A stretch of DNA of 64,000 bases from Antedon mediterranea. Lineage: Eukaryota > Animalia > Echinodermata. The notes below the pieces were generated by a model. That model was given only the letters and a program-made list of their open reading frames with translations. It was not told where the DNA came from and made no database searches. The stretch is taken from positions 28,517,648 to 28,581,647 of the forward strand of contig NC_092673.1 in assembly GCF_964355755.1 (NCBI RefSeq), read 5' to 3'. Every line of letters starts with the position of its first letter. The stretch's first letter is position 1. Positions 13,173-24,682 of the stretch are shown one piece after another. The translations under genes and the position numbers were made by a program.

Positions 13173-15240
13173 CAATAGAGAGAAATGGCGAACCGCGATG
13201 ACGTCACTCAAATTTCACCGAGTGGGTATAGATTGTAAACAAACCATTTCGCCACATGTTTTTGTATGGGAAATTCCGATGGGTTGAGTTAAAAAAGTAG
13301 GTAGAAAAGAACGTTTAAAACACACATAATAGCAGTATCTTTTTTTTTTTGCAACCCCTTAACAATTTTAATGTTATATGGGCAAATCTTAACATATTTT
13401 ATTTTAATTTGGATTGAATTAAGACGCGTTTTTGTTATATACTGTACCCAGCTCTAGGCCCTAGATAGTTGGCCTGTATATGCTGTAGTACCTCGAGTAC
13501 TCGAGCCTAGCACGGATTATCGGTTATTATAATAATAATAATAACTAGATTTGAACTCGTCACTACGGACGAGTTAGGTTATCCGCAGCGCAAAAGCCAC
13601 GTGCACGTCATACGTTAGAATATTGCGCGCAGAAAAACGATTATGCCATTGAAAAAAATCTTAGTGCGCTCTCTATTTTGCGTCACGTCAAAGTGTATAC
13701 GGTATACGCTATATACTGTATACGTACTACATACAGTTCAGAATAGGTGAAAATAATTGACCAAAGTTATTGACGATTTTGCACATGATGACGTAATAAC
13801 AAATTTTTAAAATTGTGAATCATGCGAAAGATAATTGATTGACCTAGACAATATAGAGAAATGGAGGGAAATGAAATACGGATAAGTGGAGATGCGCTCT
13901 ATTAAATATGATGAGCTATGACGAAAGAGACAAAAATCCTATATTTGATATTCGAGTGGCCATACGATGACGTCACAATGTTCGGTTAGCTTAATCGATG
14001 CATGATTCTATATCTACAACTCATCTTCTTTCAGAATTTGTAAAAAAAAATAAAATTCACCATGTAGTTTAAAATCTATGACTGTTCAAAAAAAGGTATA
14101 ATTTTGACACAATTTTGAAATTTTTTTCAAAAACGCGCGCAAATTGTTTAATTTTACGTGCTCGTATGACGTGATTTTAAGTCGAAATTGTTTGAAAGTT
14201 GGTAAAATTACTAGAGAAGGCTGAAAAAACAAAAATCAAGGAAAAAAAATATGTTTTTGCGCTGCGTGCGCACGCGCGCGTAAAAATATTGCCTACGCGT
14301 CGGAATTTTTGAAATGCTCAAAATGACATGAAACGCGTAGAAAGTTGATTAGAAATGAATTTAGCGCATTTTGAAATTTTGAACGCGCGTGCACGCGTAA
14401 CTTTATTGAAACATGCCATTTTTAATCCATAGAAAGTTTGCGCAAAATATGACTTAAATTTTTACCAAGTTTCAATAGAAAATGACTTTTGGTTTTTAAT
14501 CTATGATCAATCATTGAAATTCATAAAATCGCGCGTAACTTGCGCTGCGCAACTCCGAAATCACCGAAAAGCTTGGCTGCACATCTACAGTTATAGGTCA
14601 ATCTTATGACAAAGTTATGCAATTTTATGTCAGCAAGAATTAGAGATACGCTGCGAACAAAATTCGGGGAAAGAAAGAAGAATATCGAAAAAAAAAAAAA
14701 AAAAAAAAAAGATCCTGACAATAACAAGAGGTTATCCGCCAAGAGCGGATAACCAATAATCATAATAATAATAATATTGGAAATTCGTTATTGCATACTG
14801 TACTACTACTACTACTACTTTAGCTAGGGTGCTGCTAGGCCTCTCCTAGCTAGGTAGTAAGACTAAATAGAGCATCTCTAGTAGATGTAGGCCTAGCATT
14901 AGTTTCAGCTTGACAACTGCCATTTTGTTATGTGGCTAGTGATGCTTCCTTCCTGCAGGGGGCTATCGCCAGTAATGAATACTTGATAACACCATTCTAC
15001 TATAATATTATAGGCCTAGTCTAATGTAGACCTACAGATATGAGATATTTTTAGGAATATGATTGTGAATGATGGATGACTTTTATACATAACAAGAATT
15101 ATGAGCGTTACAGCAACAACATTGGTTAGACGACGCCATATTCACGTGTATAAACATAGGAAATGTGCCGCCCTCAACGGTTTGTTATGATTTTATACCC
15201 ACTCGGATTTTAGACGCCGGTTCGCCATTTCTCTCTATTG
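13173..15240. mobile_element. Non-autonomous TIR DNA transposon hosting a nested HINE
   Basis: Perfect 22-bp inverted termini CAATAGAGAGAAATGGCGAACC / GGTTCGCCATTTCTCTCTATTG, plus a subterminal CCGAGTGGGTATA inverted pair. Confidence 0.85.
13543..14754 (-). mobile_element. Helentron-associated interspersed element (HINE/DINE-1-like)
   Basis: SubTIR GGTTATCCGC at 13577 and 14730 with its inverted copy at 14745-14754; hairpin CTCGTC-N6-GACGAG at 13556-13573; minus strand ends in CTAGTT; inserted in an (AAT)n tract. A stub of the same end lies at 51812-51833. Confidence 0.8.
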
Positions 15241-15758
15241 GCAAATAGTTTACAATGGCAACAATATTACCTGTAATAATTGCAATATTGCCTAATAAAC
15301 TCCTTTTATGTGTCTTAAATTTTCTGTTTTTACTGTGATTATTATGTTGTTTTAATATAAGTTGTTTTATTCAACTGTAATACAGTACAGTATACTGTAG
15401 TATGTTTCACTGTTGTGAGTGTGTGTGTACATTGAAATTTCAACTGGTGATCATAAATCAAAATGTACAATAGCGCCCTCTCTAGTAGTGACTCATTCAG
15501 TGACTCAGTGTCCACACTAAAATGTTATTGAAATTGAACAGCAACTAATAATATACAATTAAGCTGATGACAAATCAACAAAAGCACCTGCCTTAGATAT
15601 TGTTATTCATTTTAACAACAATATTGATTAAAATAATTGGACCACACCTATGCTTGTGTGAAGTCTTGTCATTGTAAGAAAAGATTGAGTCTGAAAGAAA
15701 CGCATTTTATATATTATGTTGTGAGAAATGTCTTGCGCTGTCATTTTCATGTTTGTAG

Positions 15759-15776
15759 GCCGTGTTGATGAGCCAG
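15759..15776 (+). CDS. Candidate 18-nt symmetric phase-1 microexon of the RasGAP (adds G/S-RVDEP depending on the upstream exon)
   Basis: ttgcgctgtcattttcatgtttgtag|GCCGTGTTGATGAGCCAG|gtaggt. Both splice sites are good and the frame is open in phase 1. It could also be read as a first exon from ATG 15728 (MSCAVIFMFVGRVDEP). Confidence 0.55.
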
Positions 15777-16176
15777 GTAGGTACATTAACAAATTTGGGA
15801 TAATAAATATTTCATACAGATATTTTAAAATGAAATGCTGTACAGTACATACAGTAAGAAAAATATATTATGTTGTTTATTATAAATACATTATTTAGGT
15901 GGATGAATTAAACTGTTCCCCAGTTATCAGTGATGGTGTATCCCCATACTCCGGTTTGGGTGCTACTGTAGCTTGGTGTTTTTGTCTTTTTGTTCTCTTC
16001 ATTTTGTTTTCCACTTTTTCTCTTTATTGTCGAGCGCATAGAGACTTTTATTTATTATGTATAAATTATTTTAATACATATTATTTTTTATTTTTTTATT
16101 TGTTTATTTGCGCTATATAATTATAAATCTACTTATTATTATTACTATAAAATATACTACCTACATAGTCTATGCA

Positions 16177-16283
16177 TAAGGCTTGGTTCCCACTAGAACA
16201 CCACAAGGACGTATACGAACACAAATAATTTGACCAATTATAAGCGATGGATCATGCATGTTCAGCATCCTTGCGTTGTTTTC
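16177..16283. mobile_element. Short MITE (ggcttggttcccactag..ctagtgggaaacaagg); decayed relative at about 35425-35550
   Basis: Imperfect terminal inverted repeats with TWA flanks. Confidence 0.6.
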
Positions 16284-17196
16284 CTAGTGGGAAACAAGGT
16301 TTATGAAGTCTACTGTTCCATGGGTACAGTAGTAAGTGTGAATCTACAGTATTCTGAAGGGTACAGTACTGTACAAGACAAGGTGTAAGAACATGACTAG
16401 ATTACATTCCCCTTGCAATTCCATACCTAATGCAATTACTTGATGTAACAGATCCATATTACAGATATTCTATATTCAAATTAAGTATATACCCCAAAAG
16501 TGAAAACAGGTTTTAAACCCTGATTCTATTTGGGAATTCTTTAGCAATGATGTAGGTAATCTTTAAAGCACAACCTCTGTTTAAGGGGGTGAGTTGTGGG
16601 CTTAATGTTGCCTGTAAAATTAAGTTTTGAGTGTATCGTTACCTGGCACTAACATCATATCTGTTTTATATGAGTCACGTTTTTAGCCGTTTGCCGTTGC
16701 TAACTTTATTCAACATTTTGTGTCGGGATCAGACATGAAAGATGAAACTAGCATAATCGATGACTTGTAGAGATTCCCGAAGGAGTACACGATGGACTTA
16801 GTCAATTTCCATAATGTAATAGCGTGGCTTCGTCACGTTTTGTAAACAGACAATATTTTATTTATTGTTTTTTTAGTTTATACTTATTTTTGTCTATTTG
16901 ACATGATACTGTAATATACTGAGGTTAAAAGATTTTATTGAACCATGTTTAATATATAATTAATTCGCTTGTAATTTCTTGTATTATGAACTGGATAAAA
17001 AAAAAAAATCATACAGTACAGTTCTGTATTACAGGTATACACTCACACTGGATTATATGTTTATTTATTTTATAAAAAATGCTAATTTATTTATTTTTTA
17101 AAAAAATATGTTCAATGGGTACAGTAGCCTGGTTTACTCTGTAGTCATTGCCACAATTTACTTACAAAAAAGCATGATGTCCTATTATTTTAGTAA

Positions 17197-17318
17197 AGCT
17201 CTGTCTACAATATCACACTTTATGTGGAAACAAAATGTGATGAGCCCATGGACACGATGACAACTTATCACTACCATATTTAGGCACATCACAATAGTTT
17301 GATAGTGTAGACAGAGCT
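17197..17318. mobile_element. Abundant 120-160 bp MITE family (TIR AGCTCTGTCTACACTATCAAAC), representative copy
   Basis: TIRs with TWA flanks and an internal atatcactaccatatttgggc repeat. Other copies at about 10690-10800, 24970-25088, 34228-34358, 38091-38248, 38530-38641, 49033-49153, 50106-50228, 51495-51613 and 52410-52484. Confidence 0.9.
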
Positions 17319-18390
17319 TTAGTCTGTAACGTAAAAGGGTGAAAGTTCACAATGGAAGATTTAAATCCAGGTTTTTGTAGAGTTCTAGGCCAATGCCATC
17401 TTGTTGACAGCTTTTTCCTGCTCTGATGCTAACATTGGCTTTCCTTGGAAATAAGTGAGGTTTTACACGGTTTAAACACTGCAATAAAAGCAGCTGTTTT
17501 CCTGTTGCCCTGTCTTTAATGTTACTAGGAGCGCATAATGGTTTTATACGGCTTAAACGCTGCAATGAGGGCAGCTGTTTTCCCGTCGACCGGTCTTAAT
17601 GTTATAGGAGCAAATGATTCAGATCAAGTCATTATGGTCAAAAGAAAATGTTCACGTACTGTAAAGAAAAACATTTGAATTTGAACAATTGAATTTATCA
17701 AATTTATATCCAGAATATGTCAAAGATTTGTAGGCCAAATTCAGTTTTTCTAGTTGGAAAAAAAATTCTCAATAAAGAAACGGATGACGTACAGTACTAA
17801 TTATCAAATTAGTCTTTTCATCTGTGCCTTATTAAATTATATTTTAATGTGTTTGTTATCATGTTCCATAGACAGTATTGAGGGACAGTAAAAGTAGGTA
17901 CTGTATTATCCCTCCATGTACTGTACTGGAAATTTCAGAAAATATGTAAAGTAATTAGCCTAATTAGTGTTCTGTCACCAACGTCCTTTGGATGTGGTCA
18001 CATAGTACGGGTCATAATCATTAACTGCAATTATTACTGGTGTATTTTCATGTTTCCTTGGATAGTCTATTAGTTCTCTGTGGCTGCTAGCATTTTAGAA
18101 TCTCATTATGACAGTACATTAAATATTGATGAGGTTAATGATTTTACCGTGCCATTTATAAGGCATTAGCGCTACATACTTATGGTATATGAGTGATTAT
18201 GGGGTAATTAATGTGCTCTCGAACATGAAATGAGAAGATATAATGAACCTGCTAAAATTAGGATTTTTTGTCAAACAATGGAGGATAAATTGGTTATTTT
18301 GCGTGTTTGTCTTTTATATAATATTATGCAAGAAATGAAACACAATGCTGAAATAATAAAGTAAATTTGATATTACAACACTCATAAAAA

Positions 18391-18727
18391 TGTTGAAGAA
18401 TATCATGTGTGAATGCAGGCTAAAAGTAGATCTTACATTGTTGAAGAATATCATGTGTGAATGCAGGCTAAAAGTAGATCTTACAGTGTTGAAGAATATC
18501 ATGTGTGAATGCAGGCTAAAAGTAGATCCTACAGTGTTGAAGAATATCATGTGTGAATGCAGGCTAAAGTAGATCTTACAGTGTTGAAGAATATCATGTG
18601 TGAATGCAGGCTAAAAGTAGATCTTACAGTGTTGAAGAATATTATGTGTGAATGCAGGCTAAAAGTAGATCTTATAGTGTTGAAGAATATCATGTGTGAA
18701 TGCAGGCTAAAAAAGTAGATTTTACAG
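18391..18727. repeat. 48-bp minisatellite x7
   Basis: tgttgaagaatatcatgtgtgaatgcaggctaaaagtagatcttacag is repeated, which explains the repetitive ORFs at 18314 and 18390. Confidence 0.95.
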
Positions 18728-21700
18728 TACTACTGTCACTTAATTATTATGTCATGTTTATGAAAAAATGCAAAGTAGAAACCATATTGCAATTATTAAA
18801 TTAACCTGGGAACGAGGTGACTAACGGCTAGGCTGCATACAAACATGTCAAGAAATACCGCACAGTTATGTTAACGTAAGGTACACACCCAATAATGGAG
18901 AATGGGGACTTTAAACGCACATGTTAAAGTGACTAGTACAGGTCCCATGAAAGCCAAGTTAAATAATATTTGTAATATAAGTTGGCGTTAATATAATCGC
19001 TTTGAATAATGTTATTTTTGATGACATCCGTTAGATTTCGTTCATTTAATAAGTAAATATAATTCGGCAGCAATGTGTATGATATTTTAATATAGTGTTG
19101 TATGTTGTTGTTAATTAAATTTAATATATCCCATAATATAACGTGAATGAATTAATTATTATTATTATTAAATTCCTGCTTACAGTGCACTAAAAACATT
19201 AGAATAAAGCTTTAAAAATATTAAAATGAAGAATAGTTTAAGACACATGTAGGCCGACTTGTTATAGGCCCTGTTTTTGCTGCATATCATCAATATACGG
19301 TATAAAAATACATATAAAAAATGTACCGTGTATATAAATACCGTATATGACACCCATTTTTGCTGCCATGAAAATATACCGTGTCTTTCTAATGTAAATT
19401 AAAATTCTGTTGACCTATGACCTATGTTATTATAATATTTTTCTTTTGAGAATGATGCTTGCAAATATTTTGATACGACTTCTCTAGAGAAATATAATGT
19501 GTTGCCTCGGCGGAGCAACTCGAGTCTTTACCTGTGCTGGTTACTTCCTTTCTGTTCGCAAATGTTTTTTTAGTTAAATGTTTAGATTTTTGGGTGTGAC
19601 CTGCGCCAACATCTGCGGTTGATTTGACATCACACTCACCGTGTCTCAAAATTCATCATCACTTCAAAAATAAAACAAACTTAAGCCAATTTATTATTTT
19701 GATAATGAATAATCGTTGTTTGAGGTGACTACTGTAGGAATACTGTATGTCAACAACCATAGAGATATTATTAAATGCAACAACATAATGAATTCAAAGT
19801 GCAGTGGAGAGTTCATTAAACTTTGTGATTTTGAAGAAAAGTGGCTTAATAATCTTTGGACGCGACATTGTACGCATTTCTCTTATACAAAACACAGCAT
19901 TTTCAATTACTTTTGTAGTACTGTACTGTATCATGCAATTATACATCGTTTAAAGAGGGGTTTTTTTTGCTATTTGATAGAAAATCTCTTTGGAACATTA
20001 ATAGGGTAATGATCAGAACATAAATTATAATTTAATTGATTATAATAAAGAAGTTATTAGTTATTTAAAAATGTTGAGACGACTTTTGAATGTGTTTTAC
20101 GGCACATTGCCAGGTCAGAGTTCCTGTATTTAGGGTTGTATGTAGTCTTTTGAGAATTAAACAATTTATTGACTTTTATTAAAAGAAGGTAATCACTAAA
20201 AAAGATAACAATATCATTTAATTAATTAGTAAAACAAGTCTGTTCCAATTTTTTTAACCTCTCGAGATTAGGTTTTTATGAATAGGCTACAGTAAATTTG
20301 GTTTATAATTATAATTTTATCGTTTTTTTTAATGGGACTATAGAAATTTGCCTTTAGTATGGGAATTGTTTTTATTTAGACCAGGAAGGAGACAAGTAAT
20401 AAATGGAAATTAAGTTGTTATAAATGTGTATAAATATTGTGAAAAGTAGAACTTTTAAAATAGTATGTTGTGTTTTTAATGTTTGCAAAGGCAGGGTTTT
20501 ATAACAATTTGTCATTCACATTTTCAAACTTTCAATTTCGCAAAATTTAAGAAAACGATTTACGTTTACGCAAATTTAAATTAAGCTTCATATATTTTAG
20601 GTTTTGCATCTAATTTTAAATAAATTGATTTGTTAATTTCGATAATTGAAAGCTGTTAATGAATATAAACATTAGAGATTGTGATTATCATGTCCTTGTT
20701 TTTTAATTGCTTTCCTGTGATTTGTACTTCCTAAATTAGTACACTTGATTAGTACACTTGATTAGTAGACAAAATGAGTACACTTAATTGCTCTAATACC
20801 TTATTCACCTGTATGTATGACGACACGGTTGTGGCTCATTATTTGTTAAACCACAAAATTAAAAGCAGAAGCTAGAATTTATAAAAACATGATGATCTCA
20901 TTGATATCGACGTAGTTATCAAAAGTTATCAACATTGTTATCAATATTATCAAAATTACAACCATTTTATGAATTATATTTAACTTTTTTTATGTTTATC
21001 TCAATATAGCAGTTTATCAAGCTATTTATTTATTTCATAAGAGTAAGCCAGTTTATTTTCATAGTGTAGTGAATGGTTTGTTTCAGTGGGCGTGTTACTG
21101 TGATTCATTTCTTATTCTTGAGATGAACAACAATTAAACATATTCTGCAATTATAACATAGAAATTCTTATAATATAACACCTCAATTGGCAGTTTATTT
21201 TATGTGTTTTTTGTGAGAGTATTACAAACCAACTTACTTGGGAAATTACTTCTAACTTTATGATTACTAATAAATGAATACTGTACATTGTTGTCATCAC
21301 AATAGCCTGTACAGTTGGTGTATAGTAAACAATGATAGAGAATGAGTAAGTTGCAGGCACTGTATTGTTTGTTTGTTTGTAGATTAATTTTATACAGGAT
21401 ATACAGGTATTTATTATTCAATTTATTGTATTATACTTGTTAAATAATACTATACTGTACTTTGTACTGTTCCTTTTACGGAAATAAATTAGAATGTACC
21501 ATATCTATTAACTTTGAAATATTTTAACAAGAATTAAACTTTTATTAGTTTTTCCGTTTTGATTGATTATCCAGGATACGGATAGTTGTCATAAAAATAT
21601 TTGAATACTTTTATTATGATGAAATACAAATTAATGCTTCGATAATTAATAATGGTAGATGACATTCTACATGGTATTTAATGGTAAATGTGTTTTTACT

Positions 21701-22540
21701 ACAAATATGGATTTACACTTTTTAAACCATTTTGGAAATAAGGTTTCTTAGTTTTCTTCAGGAATTGTTGGTGGTCTCAAATTTAGATCTCTATCGGAAA
21801 TGAATAATAGTTTTCTTGCTATAAGGATTTGTTAGTTATGAGTTCCTCATGAATTTAAAAAAAGAAACTGTATAGTATTTGTACCTTTTTTATAGTATTT
21901 GTGTTCATTTTGTTTATATATACTGTACAGTACTATACCTTTAAAAAATCTAACAGAATGATTTGACAATTTTATTGGCTACTTTTCAAGGACATAGCCC
22001 GAGGGCTGGCGTACAAATTTAGACTGACCCTTTTTATTACTCTCAACCAAGATTTAACGATATTATATCGGCGTCTAATTTTATTATTGAATACTGAAAT
22101 TATGAAGTGTTATTATCGCAAATTTGTAGGAATCTAACTCTTTATTGGTATCATTTTAAGAGGAATTTTTAATGGTGAAAAAAAAATTAGATCATGATAG
22201 TTTTTCATATGAACCGTTAGTGTATATTATCTTGCATTTACCTTGCTGTGTGAGCAACTGTCATTCTACAATCCAATTAAGTACCCAATAGGAGACTGTA
22301 CATGAATTGGCCAATCAGAGAGCAGTATTTGATGAGTAACTGCTTGAAGCGTTGTACGTTGGTAAAGGTTTACTACAGGAAGGCTTCAGCATAAACATTC
22401 CACCAACTCACACATCCACACACTCACGCAATGATCAAGTTTTTGGTTTAGTGGGGAGTTTATTTTAAACCATACCTTAGGATTGTATATAGGCCTAAAT
22501 TTTATTTTGTGCTTTGCCGTTGATATACTTACTGTTCAAA

Positions 22541-22580
22541 ATGGTTCAAGCATTTTTAGAGCGGTCACAGACAAGTAGAG
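22541..22580 (+). CDS. Candidate alternative first coding exon C of the RasGAP (MVQAFLERSQTSR)
   Basis: Strong Kozak context aaaATGG, 13 codons plus 1 nt, donor AG|GTAAAC in phase 1. A cluster of CCAAT boxes lies upstream at about 22273-22316. Confidence 0.65.
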
Positions 22581-23708
22581 GTAAACACATTTCATGTTAT
22601 TTATTGTACAGTAGTGTAGTTGAGTTTTGTTGTAAGTGTAAGATAAAACAGAAGGCATGGGTTCAAATCTTAGTGAAGTCCTGCTTGACCAGTGGTTGAA
22701 GGCAAGGATGTTGACCACTGACTATGTCACTACATCAACTAACGAATGTTAGATTTTAACATTAAATATTTACAGCCATGTTTGGTAACAAGGTGCTTGG
22801 AGTGCTATTTCCTTTTCAACTCATCTTCAATGCATGTCGTAAAGAAATTACATTAAAGCAACAAAAAAGAAACTTGTTGATTACTCAGCAAAAAAACAAT
22901 GTAGACTTTCATTCGTAAAAATATACAGTAGATTTTTGTTAACATAGGAAAAGAAAGTTTTAATACATAATGCACACAATTATATTCTATTATAATATTA
23001 CCTTTGTAATCAGTTTGTCTGCATTATTTTTCCCAACTGTATTTTGATGTCTGTAGTGTTAACCTTTGATTCAGAATAATTATATTTTATATAGAAAACT
23101 CCTTTTAAAATAGAGAAAGCCATTATATGCAGTAACTTATACTGTACATACATCCATACAGTATTAGTAGTAATTTTGCTTTGGTTGTGGGATGTAGTTG
23201 TGTACTACATATTTTGGCAGTTTTGAGGCCATTTTATTTTTAATCCTGTACTCAGCTATCCCAAATTTGTTTATTTAATCCAGTATAATATGTTATGAAT
23301 ATTTGATATGGAGGTTACATCAAACAATACACAGTTTTTTGTCCTGAATATATCAATATGGTATTATAATAAGCATGAACTGAATTATTGATTACAATTA
23401 TCTTATTTATACTGGCAGAATAAAGTACATAAAAAGAACCGCTTGTACTTTATAGACGGCCCACTTATTCCTAGTCTGACAAACCGGAGGTTTGCGCAGC
23501 TTTTTTTGTTGTTTGCGCTGTGAAATCAGTAATTTTCCCAAAAAATGAAGTTTTTAACCCAAAAAAAGGCAAACTTAAAGGAATTTCAAATTTTTTTTCC
23601 CATAAATTGTCTCCCTATATAGTTCTAGTTGTGTTCTAATCAATAATAATTGTTTTGAAGGAGGTTTGCGCAGCTTTTTTTGGTGTTTGCGCAGTTTAGC
23701 AATACCCG

Positions 23709-24008
23709 TATTTTCCCTTGCTTTTTTCCCCCAATCCAATCCAATTTTTGGTCATTAAGACAATAATACAACTGAAGTATTTTCCCTTGCTTTTTCCCCC
23801 AATCCAATCCAATTTTTGGTCATTAAGACAATAATACAACTGAAGTATTTTTCCCCCAATCCAATCCAATTTTTGGTCATTAAGACAATAATACAACTGA
23901 AGTATTTTTCCCTTGCTTTTTCTCCCAATCCAATCCAATTTTTGGTCATTAAGACAATAATACAACTGAAGTATTTTTCCCTTGCTTTTTTCCCCCAATC
24001 CAATTTTT
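23709..24008. repeat. About 69-bp tandem repeat x about 4.5 (one unit deleted internally)
   Basis: tattttcccttgcttttttccccaatccaatccaatttttggtcattaagacaataatacaactgaag. A preceding ggaggtttgcgcagctttttt is duplicated at 23486 and 23659. Confidence 0.9.
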
Positions 24009-24682
24009 TGACAAATTTAATAACTATTAAATTTTGAGGTCATTCCCTGTCAACATTAAAATAATATCAGTAAATTGCTGTTGATATTGATAAATTTAAA
24101 GTGCCGTAAACCTATTATTGATCGATTATGGCGGCATAACGAAGCATTTCAATTGACCGCGGTTTGTCACGGCGACATAATACACCTGAAGATATTGAGG
24201 ATGCCGACTTCACCTGAAAGAAAGAACTCAGCTTGTAACCACATCCTGTCAATGTTAAACTCATCAACCCAACATAATTAATTCAGAGACACAAGTGATT
24301 GCACAGTACTGTTATTGCAAAATAGATTTGGTATACAAATTGTGGTGGTGGCCTTTAGGCTTGGGAAAGTACATTAATGGTTTGTACTATACATAGTGCA
24401 GTATTGTGTTGGCTTTATGAATAAAGAAGAGAAATCGCAAACAATTATAAATCTACGTAGTGTACATAGTAATATGAACATTTAAATAAAAAGAGAACTT
24501 TTATTATTACCTAATGTACAGTACATTATAAATATTCTCATTTTTAAAACTAAATCATTTTTGTGGGAAAAAAACGTGTGTAATTTGTCAATTTTTGTTT
24601 GAAATATTGTTAAAGCTGATGTTTGTATTTGAACACAATTTGAATATTTAATTTAAATTTTCGTTATTTTTGTATTTTTCAG

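Noticed and set aside
18314-24037. Repetitive ORFs at 18314, 18390, 23696, 23755 and 23816
   Set aside because: These are translations of minisatellites, with no splice or homology support.
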